IMG/VR virus record: IMGVR_UViG_3300047457_001216 | Location: 1 to 57,294 of that record | DNA from: a virus | Lineage: Duplodnaviria > Caudoviricetes | Length of the DNA: 57,294 nucleotides | Strand: one strand, 5' to 3' | In this document: positions 16,423 to 26,844 of the stretch, one piece after another | How positions within the stretch are numbered: position 1 is the first letter of the stretch | How the letters are laid out: every line of letters begins with the position of its first letter | The notes under the pieces: model-generated | Database searches by the model: none | Told to the model about the DNA's origin: nothing | Seen by the model: the letters and a program-made list of their open reading frames with translations, nothing else | Position numbers and translations under genes: made by a program

Positions 16423-19400
16423 AGGTCAGCGGTTACTCGACGTTTTCGTGAGCGTGCGCCCGGACCCAGAGATGCTGGAGGCTGTGAAGGCTGCGCATGA
16501 GGCCCTCCTGTCGGATCTGCAGAAAAGACTGGCCGAGTTCAATACCGCCATCGGCGCAGACACCAGCAATGCGATCAACAAGGTCGCTACGGCTGTTGGT
16601 AAGCTGGCGGCAAGCATGGAAAAAGTCGCCGAGACAAAAGCTGGCAATGCAATTGCTGATGCAAACGCACAAGCAGAGAAGTATTCGGAGACTGCTGACA
16701 GGTTGCGTGAGAATCTTGCGGACGCGGCGAAATCGCAGGCTGCGCTGAACACAGCAACGAGCAAGGCGAACGCTGCTGGCGGTGCCATTGGATCTGGGTT
16801 GTCATCTTCTGGCTCAGCAGCCCCACCTCCGCAGCCGCCTGCGCCGAAAACGCAAGCAGAACTTGAGGTTGAGCGGATCAGTGAGAGAAGGGCAGGGGTT
16901 CAGGAGAATATCAAACTGCTGCGTGAAGCCAACTCGCTGGAAATCGCAAGACTTCGTGCTCTTGGCCAAAAGGAATTCGCCTCTCCGTATGAACAACAGA
17001 ATCGCGAGTTAAGAGCCATTGTGTTGCTAATGAAAGCGATGGATGCAGAAGAAGTCGACCTGTTGAGCAACGATGTGAGACGGCAGGAGTATTTGAATTT
17101 CTACAGCGAAGTCGGCCGTCGTGTAGACAATGCGAGAGAATCTGTCGAACGATTTGCGAACAGAGCGAGACAGGTTCCCGGGAGTGCTGTTTCGCAGCCT
17201 GATGCGTTGATTCGTTCGAAAATTCAGGAGGATATCGCGAAGCTATTCAGGGCTCAGAATATCAGGGCTGGAATAGCACTTGGTGCCCCACAGGAACGGG
17301 TGACAGGACTTCCTTCATCTGGCGCACTGGCCGATGATTTGCGAGCGCAGGAACAGGTTGTCAGAGAGAATGCTGCGAACGTCAAGAAGCTGCGGTCTGA
17401 ATACGATGGCACAAAAAATTCTGTTGATCGCTTGAGAGACGCAATTGACGTCCTTGTCGATAGTCAGAAACGTCTGAATGTTCTGCAACTGGCCGCCAAA
17501 GATCAGGGGAATCTCTATCGTGGAGTCGCTGAGCGAGCGAGAGATGCCTCGATAGCGGCGGGACGTTTGTCCATCTCGTTGAAAGAAATTGGTGACATTG
17601 GGCTGCGTGATGACATCGTGCAGTTGCGGCGTGACTTCCAGGACTTCGAGCGAGAACTGACACGCCTGCAGAGCAAGGGTGAATTCAATTTCGTTGTGCA
17701 GTCGTCTGGGCTGACAGAACTGCTGAACAGGCTTGAAACTCTGACGGCACGGTCTGGAACAGCGACTACAAGCAAAGAGAAGATTGTATCTGAGAACGAA
17801 AACTTACGGGCGTCAATTCGTCAGGACGAAATTAAAGCGCAAGCACTGAACGAAAAGTACATCAGCAGAACAACGGCGATAGAACGAACTGGAATCGTGA
17901 ACCAGAGAGAGGAGCTTGCAAAGAATCAGGCAAAGATTCAAGAGGTGAATAAGCAGCGAGACAACTCGATTCAAAAAGAAGAAGAGTTGAACAGACTGTT
18001 GAGAGAACGACAGGCTTTACTTGGTGGATTGAACAAAAGCCTTCAGAGTTTAGCTGATCGAACAAACGCATCTTTTAACAGATTGCAGAACACGGCATTT
18101 CAGGCCGGACAGGCCTTCGAAGACTTTGCCGTTGGCTTCCAGTTGAACGGATTTGCCGGCGGGATTCGTGGCGCGGCGAACAACATTTCTTTCATCGCAC
18201 AGGACCTCGCCAGCGTATATGTCGATAGTGAAAAAATCAGTCAGAAATGGAAACTGATTGCTGGTTTGGGTACCGGTATTGGTGCGGCGCTGGCTGTAAC
18301 CATTTTGCCGCTCGTTATCGAATGGCTGGAAAACCTCAACGACATTGAGGTCGAACTGGCTGACATCAGCAAACGCATGAAGGATGTCGCACGCGAGTCC
18401 GAGTTGGTTGCGGAATTCAATCAAAACACAAGAGAGACGATTGATCAGATAGCAGAGTCTGATTCATTGGAGTCTGTGCTGGACACGATGAGAGATCTCA
18501 GGCTGGAGTCTGAGAAGCTATCAAACAGCGTGGTTGACACACTGAGGTCACTTTCAGACCAGCGGGCCCTTGAGGATTTCAGGAAAGGCTTCAGTGATGT
18601 ACTTGACGGAGTGAGGCAGCAGATTGCTCGCCTTATGAATCCTCAAGACATAGACATATTGCCTGATGCTCTTCCTCTCGGATTTCTGGATGATGCGTTT
18701 TTCGCTGCTCAAAGAGCTTTGCGTGAGAAACAGATCGCTGAGGAGTTAGCCAATTCAAATGAACTCATTGATAATTATCTGGAGCTGAATCGTCAGATAG
18801 ATGCAGCATTTGCTGGAGCCCGCCGTGGCGTGTTCGATTCTGCTCAGCTCAAAGATATTGAGGACAGATTCGGCGAACTTGCGGATCAGGTGGATGCGTT
18901 TGCAAAGAGCGCCGACGTGGCGAATCAGGAGTTTGCGAAAACTGCACGTGAAAATATCGCACCGCTGCAGAAACTCTTTGAAGGGCTCAGGGAGAGTGCC
19001 AGAGAGTACGAAAACCTCATCACTCAGCGTTTGATTGCTGCGACAGAGGCTGCGATACAAAAGTCTGAGCAGCTCGAAAGACGTCAGAAGCTGATCCGGA
19101 GGGAAATCAACGGAGAGATCGACGCTGGGGCCCAGCAGGCGATCGAGATCGACGAGATGTCACAGCAGTATCAGGACATGATCGACGCAACGCTGGAGTT
19201 TTACAAGCGAAGTGGTGCTGTGCGTGCGGATCAGATTGATCAGCTTCGGGCAGCACTTCAGCAGCAGGCGAATCTGGAACTCGGCAATGCGGCTTTGAAA
19301 GAAGAGAAGGATCTGGTTGACAAGATTCGTGCGGCCGAAGAAAAACTGGATGGTATCAGGAACAAACGCGGTAGCCGGCAGAGTCAGGTTGTGCGTCCTG

Positions 19401-19855
19401 AAGAGTTCCTGCAGCAGATTCAGACGGCCGTGCTGAGTATTGAGCCAGTTGACAAAAACACCGATGCGCTGGAAAAGGCAACGAAGGAGATTGCTGATCT
19501 GAATTTCCAGCTTCAGCGGATGAACAGGTTACAGGCTGTGGCTGCTGAGGAGGCGGTAATACGTGAACGTGCGGCAGGCGGCCCGTTGTTGCCGAGAGAT
19601 GCTCAGCGATTCCGTGAACTGCAGGACATTCGAAGGCAGGTGCCTTTGATTGCTCGTCCGGCGGAGGACATTCCGGGACCGTTCAACCCGTTGCGAGAAT
19701 TGCCAATTCGCGCTGCGTTGCGAGATGAAGTACGATTGGGAGTTCAGGACGCTATTCAGCAGGGACTGCGAGATCTCGCACCGAACCTGTTCAAGAGCAT
19801 TGATGGCGTTGGCGAAGCTGTCAGGAAGAAAGATTTGGGAGCGAGAGCACAATGA
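16415..19855 (+). CDS. tape measure protein
   Basis: 1146-aa helical Ala/Gln/Glu-rich protein with central hydrophobic segment; synteny. Confidence 0.9.
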   Translation: MSEGQRLLDVFVSVRPDPEMLEAVKAAHEALLSDLQKRLAEFNTAIGADTSNAINKVATAVGKLAASMEKVAETKAGNAIADANAQAEKYSETADRLRENLADAAKSQAALNTATSKANAAGGAIGSGLSSSGSAAPPPQPPAPKTQAELEVERISERRAGVQENIKLLREANSLEIARLRALGQKEFASPYEQQNRELRAIVLLMKAMDAEEVDLLSNDVRRQEYLNFYSEVGRRVDNARESVERFANRARQVPGSAVSQPDALIRSKIQEDIAKLFRAQNIRAGIALGAPQERVTGLPSSGALADDLRAQEQVVRENAANVKKLRSEYDGTKNSVDRLRDAIDVLVDSQKRLNVLQLAAKDQGNLYRGVAERARDASIAAGRLSISLKEIGDIGLRDDIVQLRRDFQDFERELTRLQSKGEFNFVVQSSGLTELLNRLETLTARSGTATTSKEKIVSENENLRASIRQDEIKAQALNEKYISRTTAIERTGIVNQREELAKNQAKIQEVNKQRDNSIQKEEELNRLLRERQALLGGLNKSLQSLADRTNASFNRLQNTAFQAGQAFEDFAVGFQLNGFAGGIRGAANNISFIAQDLASVYVDSEKISQKWKLIAGLGTGIGAALAVTILPLVIEWLENLNDIEVELADISKRMKDVARESELVAEFNQNTRETIDQIAESDSLESVLDTMRDLRLESEKLSNSVVDTLRSLSDQRALEDFRKGFSDVLDGVRQQIARLMNPQDIDILPDALPLGFLDDAFFAAQRALREKQIAEELANSNELIDNYLELNRQIDAAFAGARRGVFDSAQLKDIEDRFGELADQVDAFAKSADVANQEFAKTARENIAPLQKLFEGLRESAREYENLITQRLIAATEAAIQKSEQLERRQKLIRREINGEIDAGAQQAIEIDEMSQQYQDMIDATLEFYKRSGAVRADQIDQLRAALQQQANLELGNAALKEEKDLVDKIRAAEEKLDGIRNKRGSRQSQVVRPEEFLQQIQTAVLSIEPVDKNTDALEKATKEIADLNFQLQRMNRLQAVAAEEAVIRERAAGGPLLPRDAQRFRELQDIRRQVPLIARPAEDIPGPFNPLRELPIRAALRDEVRLGVQDAIQQGLRDLAPNLFKSIDGVGEAVRKKDLGARAQ

Positions 19856-21033
19856 CGAGGATGACCGAAAATCTCCCATTCTGTGTCACTGCAATCCATC
19901 CATCAGGATTGATTCAATGTCAGAACGGTCGAGTGACTGCTACTCGGCAGTTTCTGGTTCCTGCGGTTCGCGCTGAAGAATTTGGTTTGCGGATGCTGGG
20001 AAAGTGGCGTGGCCGAGGCGGTGTCGTGTCGTATCAAACACCGCAATTGCCAGCCTACTTCCCATACAGTTACGCCTCTGGAATCCCGAAAGCCTTTCAG
20101 GAAAAGAAGGCGTGGCCATTCCGAATGATCGCGACTGGATTCACACTGGATCCTATCGACAACTGTTGTTTCAACTCAGCATCGCAGGAAGACACCGGGC
20201 CGGTCACGGCATTCATTACGGATGCCCAGAGCATTGCGCAGGCTGAGAGATATTATCCAGTCGACGGCGACAATGACGCGATCATGGAGTCGCAATGCAA
20301 GATGCAAGTGACTGTTCAGTATCAGGAGTGTCCGTGGGACTGCACTGGTTTTGACGGAGATCCTGAAACCACAAACATCATAGAGATCATGGATTATACG
20401 GCAATTGCCGTTGAGAGAACGTCCTCATACATTCTTCAAACACTGCCAAACAGAAATCTTGTTTGGGCTGATTTGCCGGGTCCTGAGAATCAGTTAAAGG
20501 GCGATACGTATGCTACGGTTCTGATTCCCACAGCAGACATCACGATTGACTGGTTCAATGTCCCGCTGAGTCAACTTTGCCAGATTGAAACGCATCTGAA
20601 CAAATTCAGAAATCGAGTGAATTGCACTCCGTTTACTTTGTTGAGTGACTGCATGTGTCTCTCCTCAGTGGACGATGTTTGTGAAGAATCAGGATCAGAA
20701 GTGTCGGAGTGTCTCTACGAAGAGGAAACGGTACTTTTCATAGACTGGGAGGAACTGAAGGAGCAGCGAACTCGCGGTTTCAGGTTGATGGACACAACGA
20801 CATTGAGGCTGATGTTTAAGCAGAGAAGGATCAACACGGCAAAACCATATTTTCCAAAGAACATTGTTGGCTGGAATCATCTGTATTGTGATTCGACTGA
20901 TCCCGGCGATGACGGTGGCTGGCGCAGAGTTGCGAGAAGCGAACCTGACGGATTGCGTCCACTGTACGAAGGACTCAACCTGAACAATATGTTTGATCTG
21001 TTATCTATTGTTACTGAAGGATGTCCCAACTGA
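19852..21033 (+). CDS. putative distal tail/hub protein (Cys-rich)
   Basis: Directly after tape measure, ATGA overlap. Confidence 0.6.
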   Translation: MTRMTENLPFCVTAIHPSGLIQCQNGRVTATRQFLVPAVRAEEFGLRMLGKWRGRGGVVSYQTPQLPAYFPYSYASGIPKAFQEKKAWPFRMIATGFTLDPIDNCCFNSASQEDTGPVTAFITDAQSIAQAERYYPVDGDNDAIMESQCKMQVTVQYQECPWDCTGFDGDPETTNIIEIMDYTAIAVERTSSYILQTLPNRNLVWADLPGPENQLKGDTYATVLIPTADITIDWFNVPLSQLCQIETHLNKFRNRVNCTPFTLLSDCMCLSSVDDVCEESGSEVSECLYEEETVLFIDWEELKEQRTRGFRLMDTTTLRLMFKQRRINTAKPYFPKNIVGWNHLYCDSTDPGDDGGWRRVARSEPDGLRPLYEGLNLNNMFDLLSIVTEGCPN

Positions 21034-22205
21034 TGTCCAGGATACCTCCGCAGTGGAAAGTCGGAGAACGCATTACCGCTGAGCATTTGAATGCAATGCG
21101 TCGTGAGTCGTTGCGCAGTCGGGCTTCTGTTGCCAATGGTCCTGACATCTCAGTCGTTGGTGACAATTTTGGCTCCCAGTCTGCTGGCATGCTGAAGCCT
21201 GCAATGCAACTGGTGATTGCCAGAGAGGACTTTGAGAAGTTCCAGAGAACGGACAATTATCCGGTATTCGATGAAACGCCCTCTGGCAAGTGCAGCCTGA
21301 TCAGGCTGGATATTGCGTCTGGCAAATACGTCGACGAGAACGAGAATCTGTTCAGAACCTTCCGAGTCTGGGATCCGCTGGCAGAACTGACTGGCGCACC
21401 GACGAAGAAGCAGGGCGACATCTTCTACATCGTCTGGAACAAGGACACGCAACGGGCTGAAGTGTTGCAGGCCAGTGGCGTACAGATCCGGCATGGGCTT
21501 GTTGGCGACTGCCTTGGGATGGGATGGTATACGGTCGAGTTGATGGACTGCATGCAGTTCGAGCCGCCGGACTGCGAGGATTTTGATCCGTATTCAGGTT
21601 CTGATCTTGGCTCTGGGTCGGACTCAGGCTCTGGTGGTGGTGGTGATGGGTGTGAGCTGTGTGAACCTACGGCCGAGGACGCCTGTGGGGATCCCAGCGG
21701 CATTCCTGACTTGGCTTTTGGTTGTGCTCAGGCAGAGGTTGTCACGACGATCCGTCCGAGGCGGAACAGCCGATGTTATCCGCTGTACGGGAATAATCAG
21801 TTCGTCTATGCACTGGACAAGCGTGTCGTGCCGCTGAAGAAAGACGGCATGGTCACCATTGCGTATCTTGGAGATACGTGCAGTGGCGGATCCGGATGGG
21901 AGACGGGCTGCGGTCCTGCGGGATCTGAGAGTGGCAGCAATCCGGAGACAGGAAAAGGTCTGTGGGTTGTCCTGAACGGCGAGTATGAGACGGTCTCGAT
22001 TCCCTATGAGCGGTACGAGTGCTGCGAGGATGGGACGGTCAAAAGGATTCAGTGTACGATGTTCATCGTTGAGGGATCTGTGTGCGTTGGTCCGGTGGAT
22101 CCATGCCCAACCGACTCTGGTTCAGGGAGCGATTCCGGCTCAGGCTCAGGATCCGGATCTGGCGGCGGCGGTGGCCCCGGGCTGGAAGGCGGAGAAACAC
22201 CGTAG
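21033..22205 (+). CDS. putative tail tip protein with Cys-rich domains and SGSG linkers
   Basis: N-terminal W-x-VGE-x-ITA-x-HLN motif; TGATG coupling. Confidence 0.65.
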   Translation: MSRIPPQWKVGERITAEHLNAMRRESLRSRASVANGPDISVVGDNFGSQSAGMLKPAMQLVIAREDFEKFQRTDNYPVFDETPSGKCSLIRLDIASGKYVDENENLFRTFRVWDPLAELTGAPTKKQGDIFYIVWNKDTQRAEVLQASGVQIRHGLVGDCLGMGWYTVELMDCMQFEPPDCEDFDPYSGSDLGSGSDSGSGGGGDGCELCEPTAEDACGDPSGIPDLAFGCAQAEVVTTIRPRRNSRCYPLYGNNQFVYALDKRVVPLKKDGMVTIAYLGDTCSGGSGWETGCGPAGSESGSNPETGKGLWVVLNGEYETVSIPYERYECCEDGTVKRIQCTMFIVEGSVCVGPVDPCPTDSGSGSDSGSGSGSGSGGGGGPGLEGGETP

Positions 22206-22867
22206 TGGGATTCACGGCAACAAACCCTGCGATTCTGGAATGCTGCGGCTGCGGCTGTGTGGGCTGCTGTGTCCCGCTGCGCTATGACAGTCCGCAGTAC
22301 CCGGGCGGGTATATCCCGGCAATCCCGTTTGAAATCATCGCTCCCGGTTGTCCTGAAATCGACGGGGCGACGGGGTCCTTTCCGCCGGTGGATCCGACTG
22401 CTCCGATCAAAGGCAGGTGCGGTGCCTGTGCGACGTTCTGTTCGACGGTGCAGGCGGTTCTGGCTGGGACGTTCCGCGTTGAGTTGGGCGGCATGTGCAT
22501 GACGAGTCCGTGCGGCTTCAAGTTCTGCCTGGCACTGGAATGCACCGCCTCTCAGGAGCCTGCCACGGATCCGTTGCTGGAACCCTGCTGCAGTCGTTTC
22601 CGGCTGTGGATCGGCACAGACGTGACTCAGGTGGAGGACAACGGGCAGCGGCCGGCAAGTCTGCTCGACTGTCAGTTGGCCTGCGTAAGCTGGAAGGCCG
22701 TTGCCCCGACCAGTTGCGTCTGCCTGCCGGACGGTGGGGGTTTCAGCGGACGGTTTCCTCTGGCGATCAATTACTACTGCCCGAGCTTCCCGAGCGGACC
22801 GTGCGAGGGCCAGCCGAACTGCTGCCTGCTGAACTGTGATTTGAGCGACGCCGAACTCGTGGTATGA
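22205..22867 (+). CDS. very Cys-rich putative tail protein
   Basis: GTG at 22205 overlaps upstream TAG; ~25 Cys in 220 aa (hand count). Confidence 0.7.
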   Translation: MGFTATNPAILECCGCGCVGCCVPLRYDSPQYPGGYIPAIPFEIIAPGCPEIDGATGSFPPVDPTAPIKGRCGACATFCSTVQAVLAGTFRVELGGMCMTSPCGFKFCLALECTASQEPATDPLLEPCCSRFRLWIGTDVTQVEDNGQRPASLLDCQLACVSWKAVAPTSCVCLPDGGGFSGRFPLAINYYCPSFPSGPCEGQPNCCLLNCDLSDAELVV

Positions 22868-22888
22868 TCGTACCGGAGGGCGACTGTT

Positions 22889-23119
22889 ATGGGCGAACAG
22901 TGTCAGTGTCCGCTGGCTGGATATTGTGAACGGCGGAAAACTCGCATACCCACGGCACACTGGCAGATGTGTCAGCGTGGGCTGGTGGCGCAGGTCGACA
23001 AACTGTGGGCACAGGCTCCGGTGCGTCGTGAGTCTGGCATGACGATCTCGGAAACAGCATCGCTACCACCGGAGAAGAAGTGCGGCTGTGGGACGCGACT
23101 GAAGGGTTTCGTGAGGTGA
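22889..23119 (+). CDS. small Cys-rich protein
   Basis: GGAGG RBS; CQCPLAGYC...CQ...CGC. Confidence 0.7.
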   Translation: MGEQCQCPLAGYCERRKTRIPTAHWQMCQRGLVAQVDKLWAQAPVRRESGMTISETASLPPEKKCGCGTRLKGFVR

Positions 23120-23122
23120 CGT

Positions 23123-23272
23123 ATGCTGCGGGTCTTTTGTGTGTGGCTGCTGGCGATCGGGATTGTCGAGTCGTGGAACGGCATTGCCGGCTACTTCGTG
23201 GAGTCTGCTCGCATCCAGCGTGAGATCAGGCAGATGCAGGAGGAGATTGATCGGGGGCTGGGAAAGTTTTAG
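23123..23272 (+). CDS. 49-aa membrane/secreted peptide (absent from ORF track)
   Basis: GAGGTG RBS; MLRVFCVWLLAIGIV...EIDRGLGKF. Confidence 0.6.
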   Translation: MLRVFCVWLLAIGIVESWNGIAGYFVESARIQREIRQMQEEIDRGLGKF

Positions 23273-23286
23273 GAGATGATTTTATC

Positions 23287-24306
23287 ATGGCTTTGCGTCC
23301 AAGAATACATCGCAGATCAAATCAGGATGCCCGAATGAGGACTCCTCTGCCAATGCTGGAGTTACCAAAAGATCGGTGGCTTCCTCCGTTGAAGTACGTG
23401 CAGATTGCCACGCATTCGCGATGCAACGCCGACTGTGTGTTTTGCCCGTACATCGAGTCGGTGCATCACAAACACCCCGGCATGATGACGGATGAGACGT
23501 GGATTTTGATACTCGACAATCTTGTACCGTTCGGTGCCGGTCTGAAAAAGATCTGTCCGTATCTGATGCAGGAGCCTTTGCTGGACAGAAGCATCTATGC
23601 GAAGATCGCTCAGATTTACGAGCGGTTTCCGCATGTGACGGTCGAGATCAGTACCAATGGTGCTGCACTGACTGAGCAGGCCGTTGAGAAACTGTTTGCT
23701 GTGATGGAAGGCCGATCTCACGACATCTGGGTGTCGCATCATGGGATCGACAAGGAGACCTTCGAACACATCATGCAGATTGATTATCAGCGTTCGACTG
23801 AGAATCTGATACGCATGCTGAAGATGTCGAACGGCCGGTACAACATCAAAATACGCGGTGCCGGGAAATCGAAGGCTGTCAATCGGACCTTCTTCACGAG
23901 AGAGCAGTACGTCGAGTATTGGGAGCGGACATTCACTGATCATGAGATCAACAGGGCAAATGTTTCTGTCGATGCGTTCGAGTTTCACGATCGAGCGGGA
24001 TCTTTGAAGCGTGAGGACCGTGGTGCGAATGAGTTGAATCAGGGGATTGTCCGGCAGATTGGGCCCGGCCATCGGCCGTTCTCCTGCACTCGCATCAATG
24101 AATGGATTCACTTCATGCACGATGGCAGGATTCGCATCTGCTGCATGGATTACCATCACGAGGTGCAGTTGCCGAGCATCCATGATATGTCGCTGCTGGA
24201 TTACTATCACAGTCAAGCGTACATCGGTCTGGTGAATTGTGTGAGTGGTCGCACAGAATCTCCAGCCGATTTTATCTGCAAGAGATGTACCAGTCCCGGG
24301 GGCTAG
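23287..24306 (+). CDS. radical SAM enzyme with SPASM/twitch domain
   Basis: CNADCVFC (CxxxCxxC), EPLLD, STNG, C-terminal C...DG-x-I-x-ICC-x-D...ICKRC. Confidence 0.93.
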   Translation: MALRPRIHRRSNQDARMRTPLPMLELPKDRWLPPLKYVQIATHSRCNADCVFCPYIESVHHKHPGMMTDETWILILDNLVPFGAGLKKICPYLMQEPLLDRSIYAKIAQIYERFPHVTVEISTNGAALTEQAVEKLFAVMEGRSHDIWVSHHGIDKETFEHIMQIDYQRSTENLIRMLKMSNGRYNIKIRGAGKSKAVNRTFFTREQYVEYWERTFTDHEINRANVSVDAFEFHDRAGSLKREDRGANELNQGIVRQIGPGHRPFSCTRINEWIHFMHDGRIRICCMDYHHEVQLPSIHDMSLLDYYHSQAYIGLVNCVSGRTESPADFICKRCTSPGG

Positions 24307-24308
24307 GG

Positions 24309-25310
24309 ATGAACTACAGGAGTAAGCCGGGAGTTATTCTGGCGCACAGTCACAACCTCGGAGCACTGGACGGGCATCGTGGCGTCCGTCCGAGATGTTG
24401 TTACCGAGACCACTCGATCTCGGAGGGTCCGATTGATCTGGTGGCTGTCGTCAGCAGTTGGAACGATGGTGACATCATCGGAGCAACGGTGCGGAACTGT
24501 TTTGCGCAGGGCTGCAGTCGTGTGCTGCTGCTGGATAATGCGTCACAGGATGACACTGTTGAGCAGGCGACGGCGGCCGGTGCTGAGATCGGCGAGATTT
24601 ACCAGACGGATTTCTACGACGACGACCTGCGGATCCGGAAACAGAATCTGCTGGCGAAGGGGATGGTTGAGAAGTCGTCATTGCCAGTCTGCTGGGTACT
24701 GTCACTGGACGCGGACGAGTTTGTGCATGGTGACCGGTCTGAGACGGTAATTCAGACACTGAGCCGGACGAAGGTTGAGGCGAGGATGGTTGGTACGTAC
24801 TGTGTGGACCTGTGCCCTGATTGCCGGGATGGGTATGTGCCGAACACTCATCCAGCGAAGGTCATGACGAAGGGGATCATGAGGCGGACGGACAGTTGTC
24901 CGAGTTGGCACTGGAAGCATGTGGCGTTGAAGTATTCCGGTGGGAAGTTCGACATTTCGCAGACTCGTGGCAATCACTTTCCGGCGGCCGGCTGGAACAA
25001 CAAGAACCTGACTGAGGACTGTGGCGTACATCTGCCGATGCTGCATGCTCCGTTCAGGAATTACGAGCGATCGCTGTGGCGATTGCGGCTGCTGTGTGGT
25101 GGCGAGGATCGGCGGTCGAAGTTTGACGATGACGTGACCGGGAACGCGGGTGCGATCAGACGCCTGCAGATGATCGAGCTGATGTATGAGAAGCGTTATT
25201 CTGAGATGGAGATGACGCACAATTTCTTCTATGGTCGCTCGATTGTTGGTGCTGTTCCGTATCCGTGGCGGACGTATTGGCCTGACCTTGTGCTGCAGGA
25301 GTTGCGGTAA
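24309..25310 (+). CDS. glycosyltransferase, GT-A fold (GT2-like)
   Basis: WNDGDII, LLDNASQDDT, WVLSLDADEF, GNH motifs. Confidence 0.88.
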   Translation: MNYRSKPGVILAHSHNLGALDGHRGVRPRCCYRDHSISEGPIDLVAVVSSWNDGDIIGATVRNCFAQGCSRVLLLDNASQDDTVEQATAAGAEIGEIYQTDFYDDDLRIRKQNLLAKGMVEKSSLPVCWVLSLDADEFVHGDRSETVIQTLSRTKVEARMVGTYCVDLCPDCRDGYVPNTHPAKVMTKGIMRRTDSCPSWHWKHVALKYSGGKFDISQTRGNHFPAAGWNNKNLTEDCGVHLPMLHAPFRNYERSLWRLRLLCGGEDRRSKFDDDVTGNAGAIRRLQMIELMYEKRYSEMEMTHNFFYGRSIVGAVPYPWRTYWPDLVLQELR

Positions 25311-26074
25311 TGTTTTCTCCTGACGGTGTGGTGATGATCTGTGTGGACTTTGCCGACATCCTGGCGCAGACGTTGCCGAGGAACCGGCACCACTTCTCAC
25401 GTGCCGTGGTGGTCACACACCCGGACGACCATGCGACGATTGCGGTGTGTCAGCAGAACAGCGTCGAGTGCCTGCTGACTGAGGTGTTTTATGAGCGGGG
25501 CGCGGAGTTCAACAAGTATGCAGCTCTGGAGATGGGGCTGGACTATCTCGGGCGGCAGGGCTGGATGCTGATCATGGACTGCGACATCGTGTTGCCGGAT
25601 CGCATCCCGGAAGTCTTTGCACCAAAGGCGGGGTGTCTGTACACGCCGAGAAGGAGAGATCTCAGGGCGTGGCAGAACGGGATTTTGCCGGATCACCTGT
25701 GGAAGCGGTATCGGTATGTGAACGCGAGGGAGGAGTTCGCAGGGTATTTCCAGTTGTTCCATGCGGACGATCCGGTTCTGAAGCCGAGGCCATGGTTCGG
25801 GCGAGACTGGCGGTGGGCTGGGACGGCTGACACCTTCTTTCAGCGGCGGTGGCCGGCCAGCAGGCAGATCCGGCCGCCGTTTGAGGTGCTGCATCTGGGA
25901 ATACCGTATGCGAACTGGGCTGGGCGAGTTCAACCGTATGGGGACGGCCGGATCCCGGAGCAGGCGGAAGAACGGAAGCAGAAGTACGACACGTTTCTGA
26001 GGCAGCGGACGCAGATTGCCGGGCATGATGACCGGTATCAGGGAGAGAAGATATGGACTGGGCTTGCGGAATGA
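25310..26074 (+). CDS. glycosyltransferase, GT-A fold
   Basis: ICVDFADIL, FNKYAA, WMLIMDCDIVLP (DxD), GYFQLF. Confidence 0.85.
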   Translation: MFSPDGVVMICVDFADILAQTLPRNRHHFSRAVVVTHPDDHATIAVCQQNSVECLLTEVFYERGAEFNKYAALEMGLDYLGRQGWMLIMDCDIVLPDRIPEVFAPKAGCLYTPRRRDLRAWQNGILPDHLWKRYRYVNAREEFAGYFQLFHADDPVLKPRPWFGRDWRWAGTADTFFQRRWPASRQIRPPFEVLHLGIPYANWAGRVQPYGDGRIPEQAEERKQKYDTFLRQRTQIAGHDDRYQGEKIWTGLAE

Positions 26075-26844
26075 TCGCTGCTCCGAGGCAGAGCAGTGAG
26101 AGCATTCACAGGAGTTATGAGAGTTGCGTGGCGAACGGGCTGAATCCGCTGATATTTGCGGAACCCGGGACCAATGTCCCTGAGGCTGCAGATACAATCT
26201 GCAGGCCGTTTACGATTGCGCAACGTCTGCAGTATGTAGAGCCTTCTCAGTCTGGGAAGTTTGGGAACTGTCAGAATTATCTGCAGTGTGCGGCAGATTT
26301 GTTGGCGGAGTTCAAAACGCATGAGGTGATCCTGATTGTGGAGGATGACGCGGTTTTGTGCAGTGGTTCTGTCAGTTTTGTGGATGGACTGTGCTGGCCG
26401 GATGAGCAGTGTGGGGCGATTAGCTTGTATGCGGCGAATGCGTCATCTATCAGGGCTGGGATGCGTAGCGAGTTCAGGAGGATGCCACGGAAGTATTTCA
26501 TGGGTTCTCTGGCGATTGCGTGGCGGCGGGAGTGTTTGGAGGGCATTGTGCGAGCGGGCGGTTTCAGGGACTGGCATGGTGATGCTGGTCAGCGGGCGAA
26601 TCCGAAGATCCCGCGATCGGATATCAAAGGCGTGGATACCATGCTGGCTGTGGAGATGCACAAGTTGAACTATGACTTCTGGACGTTCACTCGGAGTCTG
26701 GTGAATCATCATGTGCCACGGGGTCTGAAGGACAACAGTGCTTTGAACAACGGACCGTCCATCGGCCGGCGGGCGACGTTCCGGTATGTCGGTGACAGTC
26801 CCGGGAACCTGCGAGCGGTGTTCGGGATTCGGCCGACGCAATGA
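26053..26844 (+). CDS. glycosyltransferase, GT-A fold (GT25-like)
   Basis: APR, IFAEPG, ILIVEDDAV, SLVNH motifs. Confidence 0.75.
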   Translation: MDWACGMIAAPRQSSESIHRSYESCVANGLNPLIFAEPGTNVPEAADTICRPFTIAQRLQYVEPSQSGKFGNCQNYLQCAADLLAEFKTHEVILIVEDDAVLCSGSVSFVDGLCWPDEQCGAISLYAANASSIRAGMRSEFRRMPRKYFMGSLAIAWRRECLEGIVRAGGFRDWHGDAGQRANPKIPRSDIKGVDTMLAVEMHKLNYDFWTFTRSLVNHHVPRGLKDNSALNNGPSIGRRATFRYVGDSPGNLRAVFGIRPTQ

